Part shown: piece after piece, positions 8,505 through 17,584 of the stretch
Position numbering within the stretch: position 1 is the first letter of the stretch
How the letters are laid out: each line of letters opens with the position of its first letter
Assembly (NCBI GenBank): GCA_031372565.1
Contig: JANMLN010000037.1
Location: 1 to 26,198 of the forward strand
DNA: 26,198 nucleotides
Reading direction: 5' to 3'
From: Gemmatimonadota bacterium
Lineage (GTDB): Bacteria; Gemmatimonadota; Gemmatimonadetes; Gemmatimonadales; Gemmatimonadaceae
The notes under the pieces: generated by a model
Seen by the model: only the letters and a program-made list of their open reading frames with translations
What the model was told of the DNA's origin: nothing
Database searches by the model: none
Translations under genes and position numbers: made by a program

Positions 8505-11500
8505 GGCACCGCCGCTGGCCCTCGACTTCGTGAGCGACGACAGCCGCGCGGGCTTTCGCCTGCATCGTCTGGAAGTGCTCAACTGGGGCACCTTCGACAA
8601 GCGTGTCTGGCGCTACGATCTGGACGGTCGCAACGGCCTGCTCACGGGCGATATTGGTTCGGGGAAGTCCACGCTGGTAGACGCCATCACCACGCTGCTG
8701 GTTCCGTCCCATCGGGTGGCCTACAACAAGGCGGCTGGGGCCGAAGCCCGCGAGCGCAGCCTGCGCTCGTATGTGCTAGGCCACTACAAGAGCGAGCGCA
8801 ACGAAGTGACCGGGAGCGCCCGCCCGGTCGCTCTGCGCGATGCCTCCAGCTACGCGGTCATCCTCGGCGTCTTTCGCAACGAGAGCTACGGCCAAGTAGT
8901 CACCCTCGCGCAGCTGTTCTGGCTGAAGGATCCGCAGGGACAGCCGGCCCGCCTCTTCGTGGCGACTGAGCGGGCGCTGTCGATTGCCGATGACTTCAGC
9001 GGCTTCGGTAGTGACGTGACCACCCTGCGAAAGAAGCTGCGCACTTCGGGCGCCGATCTGTTCGACAGCTTCCCACAGTACGGGACGTGGTTCCGCAGGC
9101 GGTTCGGCATTGAGCACGAGCACGCGCTCGAGCTGTTTCACCAGACGGTCTCGATGAAGTCGGTGGGCAACCTCACGGACTTCGTGCGCAGCCACATGCT
9201 GGAGCCCTTCGACGTGGGCGACCGAATCACCGCCCTGATTCACCACTTCGAGGATCTGGATCGTGCGCATCTTGCGGTGCTGAAGGCCAAGCGCCAGGTG
9301 GAGCTGCTGTCGCCGCTGGTGGAGGATGGACACCGCCACACGGCGCTGATGACGGACATCCAGCGCTGGCGCGATGGTCGCGACGCGTTGCAGCCCTACT
9401 TCGCCCGCCTCAAGGGTGAGCTGCTGGAGCTGCGGCTCGCGTCGCTCGCGGACGAGGCGACCCGACTCCACACGCAAATCGAGCGCCTCGATGCGCAGTG
9501 CGACGCTCAGCGCACCGAAGTCGGCCGGCTGGAGCGTGCCTTGCGGGACAACGGTGGTGACCGACTTGAGGAGCTGGCCGCAGAGATTCGTCATCGGGAA
9601 GGCGAGAAGGCGCAGCGTCAGACGAGGGCCGATCGATTCAGCGAGCTTCTCGCTCGCATCGACGAGGCGGTACCTGCGGATGAAGAGGGCTTTCTCCGGC
9701 AGCAGGCCGCCATCGGCCAACGTGCGGACGGGTTGCGCGAGCGCATCGCTGACGTGGACAACCGCAAGCGCGAACTGGAGTTCACGTTCGGAAAGGAGCG
9801 CGAAGAGCACGCCGCCTTGACCGAGGAGATCGAGAGCCTGCAGCGACGCCGAAGCAACGTGGACGCCGCCCAGGTCCGCATCCGCGACACGCTGTGCTCG
9901 GCGCTCGGTATCGGGGAGGATGCACTGCCATTCGCCGGCGAGCTCATTCGAGTGCGCGAGGACGAACGTGATTGGGAAGGTGCCGCCGAGCGTCTGCTGC
10001 GCGGATTCGGCCTCGCGCTGCTGGTGCCCGACGCGCACTATCGGACCGTCGCGGCATGGGTCGACCGGCAGCATCTGGGTGCGCGACTGGTGTACTTCCA
10101 TGTCCGGCAGCGGAAGCCTGGACAGGGCACCAGCCTGCACGTGCACTCTCTCGTGCGAAAGCTCGAGATCAAGCCGGATTCGCTACACTCCGGGTGGTTG
10201 GAGCAGGAGATCAGGCATCGCTTTGACGTTGCCTGCTGCGACACGGGCGAGCAGTTCAGCCGCGAGCCCCGCGCCATCACACGCGCCGGTCAGATCAAGG
10301 AGCCGTCTGGCCGGCACGAGAAGGACGACCGCAGCCGCATCGACGATCGCAGCCGCTACGTGCTCGGTTGGAGCAATGCCGAGAAGCTGCGGGCACTCCG
10401 CGACCATCGGGAGCGTCTTGAGGGGACGCTGGCCGCGCTGGGGCAGCGAATCGGCGAGGCACAGCAGGAACGTGGGGAGGTGGACGGTCGCCTGATCACC
10501 CTCGCCCGGCTGGAGGAGTTCACGCGCTTCGCGGAGATGGACTGGATGAGCCTGACGCGCGAGATCGCCGCGCTCACCGAAGAGCGCACGCGACTCGAGA
10601 CCGCGTCGAACACCCTCCAGGAGCTTGGCCGCCAACTGAAGGAGGTGCAGGAGCGGATGGGCGAGGCCGATCGCAGGCGGACCGACGCAGTGGACAAGCG
10701 CGGCCAGGTCCGGGCCAAACGGACGGATGCGCAGGAGATGCGAGACCGGGCCGCTGATACCTGGAATGCCACTCCGTTGGACGACGCGCAGCTCGCGCGA
10801 CTGGATGGCTGGCGTGCAGAGGCGCTGGGCGAGCACCAGCTTTCGGTGGAATCATGCGAAAACCGCGAGAAGGAGATGCGGAAGTGGCTGCAGGATCGGA
10901 TCGACGCGGAGGACCGACGGCTGGCCCGCCTGGCGGAGCGGATCATCAATGCCATGCGAGGATTCAAGGAGGAGTTCAAGGCCGAGACTGTCGAGATGGA
11001 CGTCAGCCTTGCGGCACGGTCAGAGTATGAACGGATGCTGGGCTCCCTAAAGGGCGATGACCTGCCTCGCTTCGAGGCGCGTTTCAAGGAACTGCTCAAC
11101 GTCAACACCATCAACGAGATTGCAGGCTTCAACGCCCAGCTCGCCCGCGAGCGGGAGACCATCCGGGAGCGCGTCGAGCGCATCAACCAGTCGCTCGAGG
11201 CCATCGACTACAACCCGGGCCGCTACATCAAGCTGGTGGCATCGAATAGCCTGGATCCCGAGATCCGCGATTTTCAGCAGGAGCTGCGCTCGTGCACCGA
11301 GGGCGCGACCGGTGCCGCCGATGATCAGTACTCGGAAGGCAAGTTCCTGCAGGTCAAGGCCATCATTGACAAGTTCCGCGGACGCGAAGGACTGTCGGAC
11401 GCCGACCGGCGGTGGACTGCCAAAGTCACCGATGTGCGCAACTGGTTCCTCTTCTCGGCCAGTGAACGCTGGCACGCCGATGGTGCCGAGTTCGAGCACT

Positions 11501-11871
11501 ACTCGGACTCGGGCGGCAAGTCGGGGGGCCAGAAGGAGAAGCTCGCGTATACCGTGCTGGCGGCGAGCCTGGCGTACCGCTTCGGGCTGGAATGGGGCGC
11601 CGTGCGCTCGCGGTCATTCCGCTTCGTGGTGATTGACGAAGCCTTCGGACGCGGTTCGGACGAGTCGGCGCAGTACGGGCTGAGCCTGTTCCAGCGACTC
11701 AATCTGCAGCTGTTGATCGTCACGCCGCTGCAGAAGATTCACATCATCGAGCCCTTCGTGGCCAGTGTCGGCTTCGTTCACAACGAGGGAGGGCGTGATT
11801 CGCGACTGCGCTGCCTGACGATCGAGGAGTACCGGGCACAGAAGGATGCGGTGGGCGGAGTCACAGCATGA
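8497..11871 (+). CDS. jetC: Wadjet JetC, SMC-family ATPase (1124 aa)
   Basis: True start placed at ATG 8497, overlapping the jetB stop and in frame with track ORF 8167. Has LEVLNWGTF, Walker A GDIGSGKST, long coiled coils, hinge region LPFAGELI, signature KSGGQKEK and Walker B VVIDEAF. Confidence 0.93.
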   Translation: MAEAPPLALDFVSDDSRAGFRLHRLEVLNWGTFDKRVWRYDLDGRNGLLTGDIGSGKSTLVDAITTLLVPSHRVAYNKAAGAEARERSLRSYVLGHYKSERNEVTGSARPVALRDASSYAVILGVFRNESYGQVVTLAQLFWLKDPQGQPARLFVATERALSIADDFSGFGSDVTTLRKKLRTSGADLFDSFPQYGTWFRRRFGIEHEHALELFHQTVSMKSVGNLTDFVRSHMLEPFDVGDRITALIHHFEDLDRAHLAVLKAKRQVELLSPLVEDGHRHTALMTDIQRWRDGRDALQPYFARLKGELLELRLASLADEATRLHTQIERLDAQCDAQRTEVGRLERALRDNGGDRLEELAAEIRHREGEKAQRQTRADRFSELLARIDEAVPADEEGFLRQQAAIGQRADGLRERIADVDNRKRELEFTFGKEREEHAALTEEIESLQRRRSNVDAAQVRIRDTLCSALGIGEDALPFAGELIRVREDERDWEGAAERLLRGFGLALLVPDAHYRTVAAWVDRQHLGARLVYFHVRQRKPGQGTSLHVHSLVRKLEIKPDSLHSGWLEQEIRHRFDVACCDTGEQFSREPRAITRAGQIKEPSGRHEKDDRSRIDDRSRYVLGWSNAEKLRALRDHRERLEGTLAALGQRIGEAQQERGEVDGRLITLARLEEFTRFAEMDWMSLTREIAALTEERTRLETASNTLQELGRQLKEVQERMGEADRRRTDAVDKRGQVRAKRTDAQEMRDRAADTWNATPLDDAQLARLDGWRAEALGEHQLSVESCENREKEMRKWLQDRIDAEDRRLARLAERIINAMRGFKEEFKAETVEMDVSLAARSEYERMLGSLKGDDLPRFEARFKELLNVNTINEIAGFNAQLARERETIRERVERINQSLEAIDYNPGRYIKLVASNSLDPEIRDFQQELRSCTEGATGAADDQYSEGKFLQVKAIIDKFRGREGLSDADRRWTAKVTDVRNWFLFSASERWHADGAEFEHYSDSGGKSGGQKEKLAYTVLAASLAYRFGLEWGAVRSRSFRFVVIDEAFGRGSDESAQYGLSLFQRLNLQLLIVTPLQKIHIIEPFVASVGFVHNEGGRDSRLRCLTIEEYRAQKDAVGGVTA

Positions 11872-13079
11872 GCTGGACGACGGCGGCGGACCTGCGTTCG
11901 CAGGTTCAGCGCTTGTGGGACAACGGCGAGCTGTTGCGCGCCGCGGTTTCGGATGCCGTCGGTTGGCCCGTCCGCCTGACCCTCAAGTCACCAATCGCAG
12001 CCGATCTGTCCGACCGGTTCGAGGCGGTGCGCCAATGGGTGAGTGCCGTGGCCGACACCCCGCATGTGCGGATCGAGTGGCGGGACCGGAACCATCGGGT
12101 TCAGGGGAAGCAACGCCTTCCAGCGGCTATCTGGGTTGACACGTTGCCGGCGGCCCTGGCCTTCATCGGCATGGAGCGCGACGTCGAGCGCTTCGAAGTG
12201 CTGTGGCAGCGGACGGCTGCGGTACACCCAGCGCTGCTGACGTGGATGTCGAGACACCCGCTTCAGGGCCTCGCCCTGGCCGATCGGTGGGACCGGCTGC
12301 TGGCCGTCGTCTCGTGGCTGCAGGCTAACCCCCGTCCGGGGGTGTACCTGCGACAGGTGGATGCGCCGGGAGTGGACAGCAAGTTCATCGAGGCCCACCG
12401 AGGCGTGCTGGCCGAGCTACTGGACCTGGTGCTGCCGCCCGAGGCAATCGACTCGAGCGCGAAAGGGGCGTCGCACTTCGCCCGGCGCTATGGCTTCCGA
12501 GACAAGCCGGGGCGGCTTCGGTTTCGATTGCTCGATCGCGCGATGCCCAGCTTGCCTGGCTGCGAGGGGTTGCCCGACATCACGGTCGACGCGGCCAGCT
12601 TTGCGGCCCTCGTGCTACCGATCGAGCGGCTGTTCATCACCGAGAACGAGACCAACTTCCTCGCCTTCCCGGCGGTGGCGCGGGCTATCGTCGTCTTTGG
12701 TTCCGGCTACGGGTTCGAGAGCTTGGCAGGCGCCGCTTGGCTCGATCGCTGTCGAGTGTACTACTGGGGCGACGTTGACACACACGGATTCGCCATCCTT
12801 GACCAGCTACGAGCCTACCTTCCGCACGCGGCGTCGTTCCTGATGGATCGGGAGACGCTGCTGGCGCATCGTGCGCAGTGGGGTGAGGAGCCCGAGCCCG
12901 CTCGCCACGACTTGAGTCGGCTGACGACTGAAGAGGCGGAGGTGTACGACGATCTCAGATTGGATCGCCTTCAGCGTGGACTGCGCCTGGAACAGGAACG
13001 GGTCGGATTTGGCTGGGTTCGCGCCCGCCTGAGCGCCCTCGCCCCGGAAGCGCCCGACGGACCACCCGAGCGCGCGTAG
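11868..13079 (+). CDS. jetD: Wadjet JetD, Toprim nuclease (DUF3322 + DUF2220)
   Basis: ATGA overlap with jetC. Has YLRQVDAPGVDSKFIEAHR, Toprim motifs ITENETNF and YWGDVDTHG (DxD), and RLEQE. Confidence 0.92.
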   Translation: MSWTTAADLRSQVQRLWDNGELLRAAVSDAVGWPVRLTLKSPIAADLSDRFEAVRQWVSAVADTPHVRIEWRDRNHRVQGKQRLPAAIWVDTLPAALAFIGMERDVERFEVLWQRTAAVHPALLTWMSRHPLQGLALADRWDRLLAVVSWLQANPRPGVYLRQVDAPGVDSKFIEAHRGVLAELLDLVLPPEAIDSSAKGASHFARRYGFRDKPGRLRFRLLDRAMPSLPGCEGLPDITVDAASFAALVLPIERLFITENETNFLAFPAVARAIVVFGSGYGFESLAGAAWLDRCRVYYWGDVDTHGFAILDQLRAYLPHAASFLMDRETLLAHRAQWGEEPEPARHDLSRLTTEEAEVYDDLRLDRLQRGLRLEQERVGFGWVRARLSALAPEAPDGPPERA

Positions 13080-13112
13080 GTTCATGCCGTTCAATCTGCA
13101 GTGGCCGGCCAC

Positions 13113-14309
13113 TCATCTGGACGCGCCTCCGTCGGGTGCGAGCAGGTGCTCCACCTCACGCCACGGAAGCAGCTGCGTGGTGCCGCGTGTCTGCGGGGCA
13201 ATTCCACCGTAGATCACCCGTGTCTCCACGGCGAGCTGCGGGGCGCGCTGGTGAATGCCCTGAGCCAGTCGGTCCACCGCGTGCGTGAAGTCGCTGGCGA
13301 TCGTCGCGCCCGATTTCGCTTCGATGAGCGTCACGGTGCTCGCGTCGGTCGCGATCAGGTCCACCTCGAAGCCAGCGGCGTCGCGATAGTGAAAGAGGTC
13401 GCTCCGCGTGCCGCGATGCGCGCGCTGCTTGACGAGCTCCGATGCCACCCAACTCTCGAACAGGGCGCCGCGCAGGGGGTGCGTGCGCAGTTGCTCGGGC
13501 TCGCGAATGCCGAGCAAGTAGGCGACCACCCCCGTGTCCACGAAGTGCAGCTTGGCGGACTTCACGACTTGCTTGCGAAAGGTCGGATGCCAGCCTGGCA
13601 ACCGGAACACGAGGTAGCTGGCTTCTAGCACCGAGAGCCACGCCTTGGCGGTGTTGTGCGAGATGCCGGCGTCGGCGCCCAGCCGCGAGAGATGCGTTTC
13701 ACCGGCGGTGCTCCCGGCGCAGAGCTGCAGGAAGGTGGTGAAGGCGCGCAGGTCGCCGACGTTGAGCAGTTGGCGGACATCGCGCTGCACGTACGTCGCC
13801 ACGTAGTCGGCCAGCCACTGATGCGGTGGAATCTGTCGATCGAAGATGCGCGGATACGCACCGGTCCAGAGCACCTCGAACAGATCGCTCGGTGCGGACG
13901 GGAAGCGCTGGAGCTCGGCCCAGCTCGGGGGATAGAGTTCGAGCAACCCCGTGCGCCCCGCGAGCGACTGCGTGACCGACGCCGTCAGCGCGAGCTGCTG
14001 TGACCCGGTGAGGATGAAACGCCCGGGCGCCGGGTGCTCGTCCACGTCGGCCTGGAGGTAGCTGAACAGGTCGGGCGCGCGCTGCACTTCGTCGATGATG
14101 GCGCCATTGGGGAGCGAGGCAAGGAACCCGCGCGGGTCGGACCGTGCGAACTCGCGCACGTCGAGCGGCTCCAGGCTGACATACGGCAGTGCGGGGAAGG
14201 TGGATCGGCAGAGCGTGGTCTTTCCCGACTGACGGGGGCCCGTGACGCTCACCACGGGGTAGTAGCGGGCGAGTTCGGCGAGCCGGCTGGCGGCGTCTCG
14301 GGTGATCAC
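13113..14309 (-). CDS. AAA+ ATPase (AAA_14) with DUF4143 and C-terminal PD-(D/E)XK-like domain
   Basis: Walker A GPRQSGKTT, Walker B IIDEVQ, FILTGS, SLAGR, KLHFVDTG, GALFESWV, and YRD..GFEVDLI...LIEAK. Confidence 0.9.
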   Translation of the reverse strand: MITRDAASRLAELARYYPVVSVTGPRQSGKTTLCRSTFPALPYVSLEPLDVREFARSDPRGFLASLPNGAIIDEVQRAPDLFSYLQADVDEHPAPGRFILTGSQQLALTASVTQSLAGRTGLLELYPPSWAELQRFPSAPSDLFEVLWTGAYPRIFDRQIPPHQWLADYVATYVQRDVRQLLNVGDLRAFTTFLQLCAGSTAGETHLSRLGADAGISHNTAKAWLSVLEASYLVFRLPGWHPTFRKQVVKSAKLHFVDTGVVAYLLGIREPEQLRTHPLRGALFESWVASELVKQRAHRGTRSDLFHYRDAAGFEVDLIATDASTVTLIEAKSGATIASDFTHAVDRLAQGIHQRAPQLAVETRVIYGGIAPQTRGTTQLLPWREVEHLLAPDGGASR

Positions 14310-14315
14310 GAGTGG

Positions 14316-14344
14316 ACGTTACACTCCCCTAAACAAATTGTCAA
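14316..14344 (-). promoter_or_regulatory. Sigma70-type promoter for the AAA/DUF4143 gene (probably leaderless)
   Basis: Minus strand TTGACA (14344-14339), 17-nt spacer, TAACGT (14321-14316), then 6 nt to the GTG start at 14309. Confidence 0.7.
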
Positions 14345-14361
14345 TCGAATTGCCAATTTGT
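14333..14361. promoter_or_regulatory. Palindromic operator-like site overlapping the -35 box
   Basis: ACAAATTGTCAAT-CGA-ATTGCCAATTTGT has 12 of 13 arm positions complementary and is AT-rich in a high-GC background. Confidence 0.6.
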
Positions 14362-14505
14362 GGAACATACCATAAGTGGTTGACAGACAATGCATTACAC
14401 CCATGGCCTCCTCTCCGCGCGGGAACCGGTCAGCCGCCATTCCCCGGTGAAGTCCCGGCGGAGATCACCGCGGCAATCCGTGAGCGCAGCGACGCATCCG
14501 CTCGT

Positions 14506-14539
14506 GATCGACGTCGCGGCGTTGTTCCGCGACGCGATC
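14506..14539 (-). terminator. GC-rich hairpin downstream of the minus-strand gene run, possible terminator
   Basis: GATCG-A-CGTCGCGG loop CCGCGACG-CGATC gives 13 bp with one bulge, about 35 nt past the stop at 14576. There is no U-tract. Confidence 0.35.
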
Positions 14540-14575
14540 GACCCCGTCCCGTAACGCGCGCGCAGCGCCGCTGCG

Positions 14576-15379
14576 CTATCGCGGCAGCTTGCCCGCGCCC
14601 AGCATGTCCAGCAAGCTGGGTCCACGCTTCGGATCGCCGTGCTCCAGCCGATCGAGGTAGTGATCGAGCATTACCTGCGCACGCGCCACCGGCGCGCGAA
14701 AGCTGCGCGCCACCGCCCATGCGGCGACGGGCGAAATCGCCGCCGGAATCACCCAGAGCGGCGGAAGCACGCCCACCAGCACCAGGATGCCGCTCAGCAC
14801 CACCCCGGTACCGATGGTGCCGCCAGCGCCGCCCAATCGCTCGGTGCGCAGGCCCGCCAGGTTCGCGTCGAGCCGTACCAGCGTGCGATCGTCGGACAGC
14901 GGTTGGACCGTGGCCGATACCTCGCCAGCGCGACCGAGCGCATAGCCACGCCCACCCAACTGGAACGTGCGTTGCATCGCGCCGAAGAAATCCTGTCGCG
15001 GCTCCCACACCAATCGCGTGGGAGTCCGGCGCTGCACCGTGAGCGCCTCCTCGCGCGTGAACCAGCCGTCGAGCGCGGTGAGCACATCGGCGGGTTTGCG
15101 ATTCACCGTGCGTGAGGCGCTGACCGTCGCCGAACCGAGCAGGCGTGCGGCCCAACCCGTGTCGGCTGGCACCAGCGACCGCGTCCGCTCTTCGGCGATG
15201 GCCAACCGCAGATGGTCCGCTGACAAACCCACCTCGGCGCCGAGCGCGATCAACTCCGACTCGCTCAGCTGGTCCGGGGTCTCGCCCACGCTCGCCTGCA
15301 ACTCCGACGCGCGCGCGAGCACGCGCTCCATGGCCGAACGGTCCAGCGGCTGCCCGGATGGAACAGGTACGTCAGCCAT
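14576..15379 (-). CDS. Hypothetical membrane protein
   Basis: Good ORF, 2 nt from the upstream gene's stop. Helical N-terminus (MERVLARASELQ...LSESELIALGAEVGL) and two hydrophobic segments near the C-terminus. Confidence 0.75.
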   Translation of the reverse strand: MADVPVPSGQPLDRSAMERVLARASELQASVGETPDQLSESELIALGAEVGLSADHLRLAIAEERTRSLVPADTGWAARLLGSATVSASRTVNRKPADVLTALDGWFTREEALTVQRRTPTRLVWEPRQDFFGAMQRTFQLGGRGYALGRAGEVSATVQPLSDDRTLVRLDANLAGLRTERLGGAGGTIGTGVVLSGILVLVGVLPPLWVIPAAISPVAAWAVARSFRAPVARAQVMLDHYLDRLEHGDPKRGPSLLDMLGAGKLPR

Positions 15380-15381
15380 GC

Positions 15382-16473
15382 TCAGATGCCACCCAGCAAG
15401 ATGTCCACCTGCTTCTTCATGCCGTCGAGCACGGCGTCGGGCACGGGAAACGTCGCATTGAAGAGCGCACCGGGATTGCCAGCCGGTGCGACGACGCCGG
15501 CGACCCGCAGGTAGAACCGCTGAAAGGCGGGCATCAGTTCCGGGGCCGCGGCCGCGAGCAGCAGTGCGCCGCCGCGCACCGTGGCCATGGCAAGCAGCTT
15601 CTCGGCCACACCGCTGCGCTTCTCGGCCGGCGTGGTCTGGTCGCCCACCTGTCCGTCTGCGAGTGTGGCCACCGCCTCGTGCACGAAGCAGAAGAGCGCG
15701 TCGCTCGCGTTCGCGGCGGTGGATGGCAGCCCGACCGCGATCACCTGCTGCCCGTTCTCCCTGACCGTGCGACCCTCGCCGGAGAGCGGGAGCGAGAGCA
15801 GCAGGTCACCGGTGGGCTGCTTGGTGCCCGAGAGGAACGGTTGCAGCTTGGGTCGGAGCGCCATCCACTGCTGGTCGGCGGCGGTCAGGGCGGCGGCGCG
15901 CTCGCGCTGCTGCACCATCCACCAGTCGTGGTAGAACTTCTGCTGCTCGTCGGTGAGGGCGTCCAGAAAGAGCTTGAACCACTCGCGATCCGCCTTGTTG
16001 GGAAAGAAGGCGTTGAACAGGGTGAAGATCGCCTGCGCTTCACGCGACGTCGCCTTGCGCGGGTCGCCGTCCATGGTGACCGCGAGCTGTGCTGCGGTCA
16101 TGAGCTCCGGCAACGAGCCGAAATAGAGTGCCGCGAACTGTGCGCCCTGATAGGCGGGATTCGCCTTGTAGCGACGCGACAGCTCGGCGCGCCCCTCGTC
16201 GAGCCTGGTGAGCAGCCCGCGCGAGTTCTTGGTGACCGTCATGGCGTCGCGATAGCCGCGCTCGAAGAGCGGCACGGGCGCATTGTCCTCGGTCACCATG
16301 GCGAAGCCATGCAGCCAGAGGTCCACGTGCTCGCGGGTCTTGATGGGCCAGGCGCGCGTCGCGGCGCTGTTCGCGGCGGCCGGAACCGGCACGGGCGGCG
16401 TGGCAGGGCGCACCGGTCCACAGGCCGAGAGGGCCGGGAACAGGCAGAGGCAGGACAGACGAACGAAGCGCAC
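15382..16473 (-). CDS. Hypothetical lipoprotein
   Basis: GTG at 16473 (in frame with the track ORF) gives VRFVRLSCLCLFPALSAC with an LSAC lipobox and a Pro/Ala linker. Confidence 0.7.
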   Translation of the reverse strand: MRFVRLSCLCLFPALSACGPVRPATPPVPVPAAANSAATRAWPIKTREHVDLWLHGFAMVTEDNAPVPLFERGYRDAMTVTKNSRGLLTRLDEGRAELSRRYKANPAYQGAQFAALYFGSLPELMTAAQLAVTMDGDPRKATSREAQAIFTLFNAFFPNKADREWFKLFLDALTDEQQKFYHDWWMVQQRERAAALTAADQQWMALRPKLQPFLSGTKQPTGDLLLSLPLSGEGRTVRENGQQVIAVGLPSTAANASDALFCFVHEAVATLADGQVGDQTTPAEKRSGVAEKLLAMATVRGGALLLAAAAPELMPAFQRFYLRVAGVVAPAGNPGALFNATFPVPDAVLDGMKKQVDILLGGI

Positions 16474-16585
16474 GGCGCGCGGTTTGATGAGGAAGTGGTT
16501 CACGCAGTCAGGCCCACGGTGCACGGGGCCTGTGGCAGGGCGTTGGCGTACCCCGGCGCGGTGCCGGCAGGTCCAGCCCCGGTCC

Positions 16586-17353
16586 CTACGAGCTGGACTG
16601 GGTGGGAGTGTCGCTCGGCGTGTTCCCCGTTGGTGACCGCCCCGCCATGGTGCGGCCGCAGGTGACGCAGAACTTCCAGCCCAGCTCCAGCTCGGTTGAG
16701 CACGCCGGGCACTGCGTCATCGTCAGGTCGTGTCCGCAGAAGGGACAGAAGACAAGCTTGCGACCGTCGGGAAGGGTCGAGGCACAGTAGCGGCACTTGC
16801 CGCCCAGCGACTGCGCCGTGACGGAACGGATGGGTACGGCAGCCATGTCGGCCTCGGTGTCAGTGGGCGGATCCACGTCCGCGAATGCCATGGAGACGGC
16901 CGAGACGCGCCGCGGAGGCGCGTCGGTCGGACCGATCGGAATGGTGGGCTGCGCCACCTGCACGTCATCGGGACGTGCCACGGCCGTGGTGCCCTCGTCG
17001 AAGCCGTCGGCGGCCGCGATGCCGACCTCGGTGAGCACCACGTGGTTCCGCGCAAACTCGCGGAACAGCGCGGTATCCGGGTTCTTCGAGGCGAGTTCCT
17101 CGCGCAGCACCTGCTGCATGCGGTTGTCGCCGTGAACATAGCCACGTTCACCGCTCAGCAAGCGCGTGAGCGCGTGCTCGTAATCCTCGTTGGTATCGAA
17201 GCCGCCTTCCCGGCGCAGCACCCGATACGGAATCACGTCCTGTGCGAGTGCGAGCACCTCGCACGGGCGTGCGGGTTCATCCGCGCCACGGGCGCGGAGC
17301 GCCCGCACGAGGCGCACGAGCATGCGATCGAGATCGTCGGCAGTCGGAGCCAC
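16586..17353 (-). CDS. Double zinc-ribbon domain protein
   Basis: Four C-terminal CxxC pairs (CRYC, CPFC, CPAC, CVTC) joined by a low-complexity linker to a helical N-terminal domain. Confidence 0.8.
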   Translation of the reverse strand: MAPTADDLDRMLVRLVRALRARGADEPARPCEVLALAQDVIPYRVLRREGGFDTNEDYEHALTRLLSGERGYVHGDNRMQQVLREELASKNPDTALFREFARNHVVLTEVGIAAADGFDEGTTAVARPDDVQVAQPTIPIGPTDAPPRRVSAVSMAFADVDPPTDTEADMAAVPIRSVTAQSLGGKCRYCASTLPDGRKLVFCPFCGHDLTMTQCPACSTELELGWKFCVTCGRTMAGRSPTGNTPSDTPTQSSS

Positions 17354-17356
17354 GGA

Positions 17357-17548
17357 TCAGCGCTTGGTCGCGGGATCGGAGGTGGCGCTGGCCAGCGAAT
17401 CCGCGTCGTTCTTGAGCTTGTCGCGCGCCACGCCGCCGGCGCGATCGACGAACCGCTCGACGATATGCTTCTTGTTGATCTTGGCGTCATTCCAGCCGAT
17501 GAAATAGCCGGCGCCGAGACCGATCGCGAGAGCGAAGATGAAGCGCAT
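17357..17548 (-). CDS. Small hypothetical protein with N-terminal membrane anchor
   Basis: MRFIFALAIGLGAGYFIGW, with a strong upstream RBS (AGGGGAG) and 3 nt to the next gene. Confidence 0.75.
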   Translation of the reverse strand: MRFIFALAIGLGAGYFIGWNDAKINKKHIVERFVDRAGGVARDKLKNDADSLASATSDPATKR

Positions 17549-17584
17549 GCGAGATTCTCCCCTGAGGAGCGAAAGGGTCCGTGA

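Noticed and set aside
13100..13113. 14-bp perfect palindrome AGTGGCCGGCCACT between jetD and the AAA gene
   Set aside because: Too short and GC-rich, with no U-tract, to call as a terminator or binding site.
14380..14410. Plus-strand TTGACA at 14380-14385
   Set aside because: No -10 box at 16-18 nt spacing and no credible downstream gene.
4298..14570. Possible direct repeats bounding the accessory region (AACGCGCGGCGAGCGCC near 4298 and AACGCGCGCGCAGCGCC near 14554)
   Set aside because: Only 14/17 identical and made of low-complexity GC sequence. No integrase or tRNA is present to support att sites.
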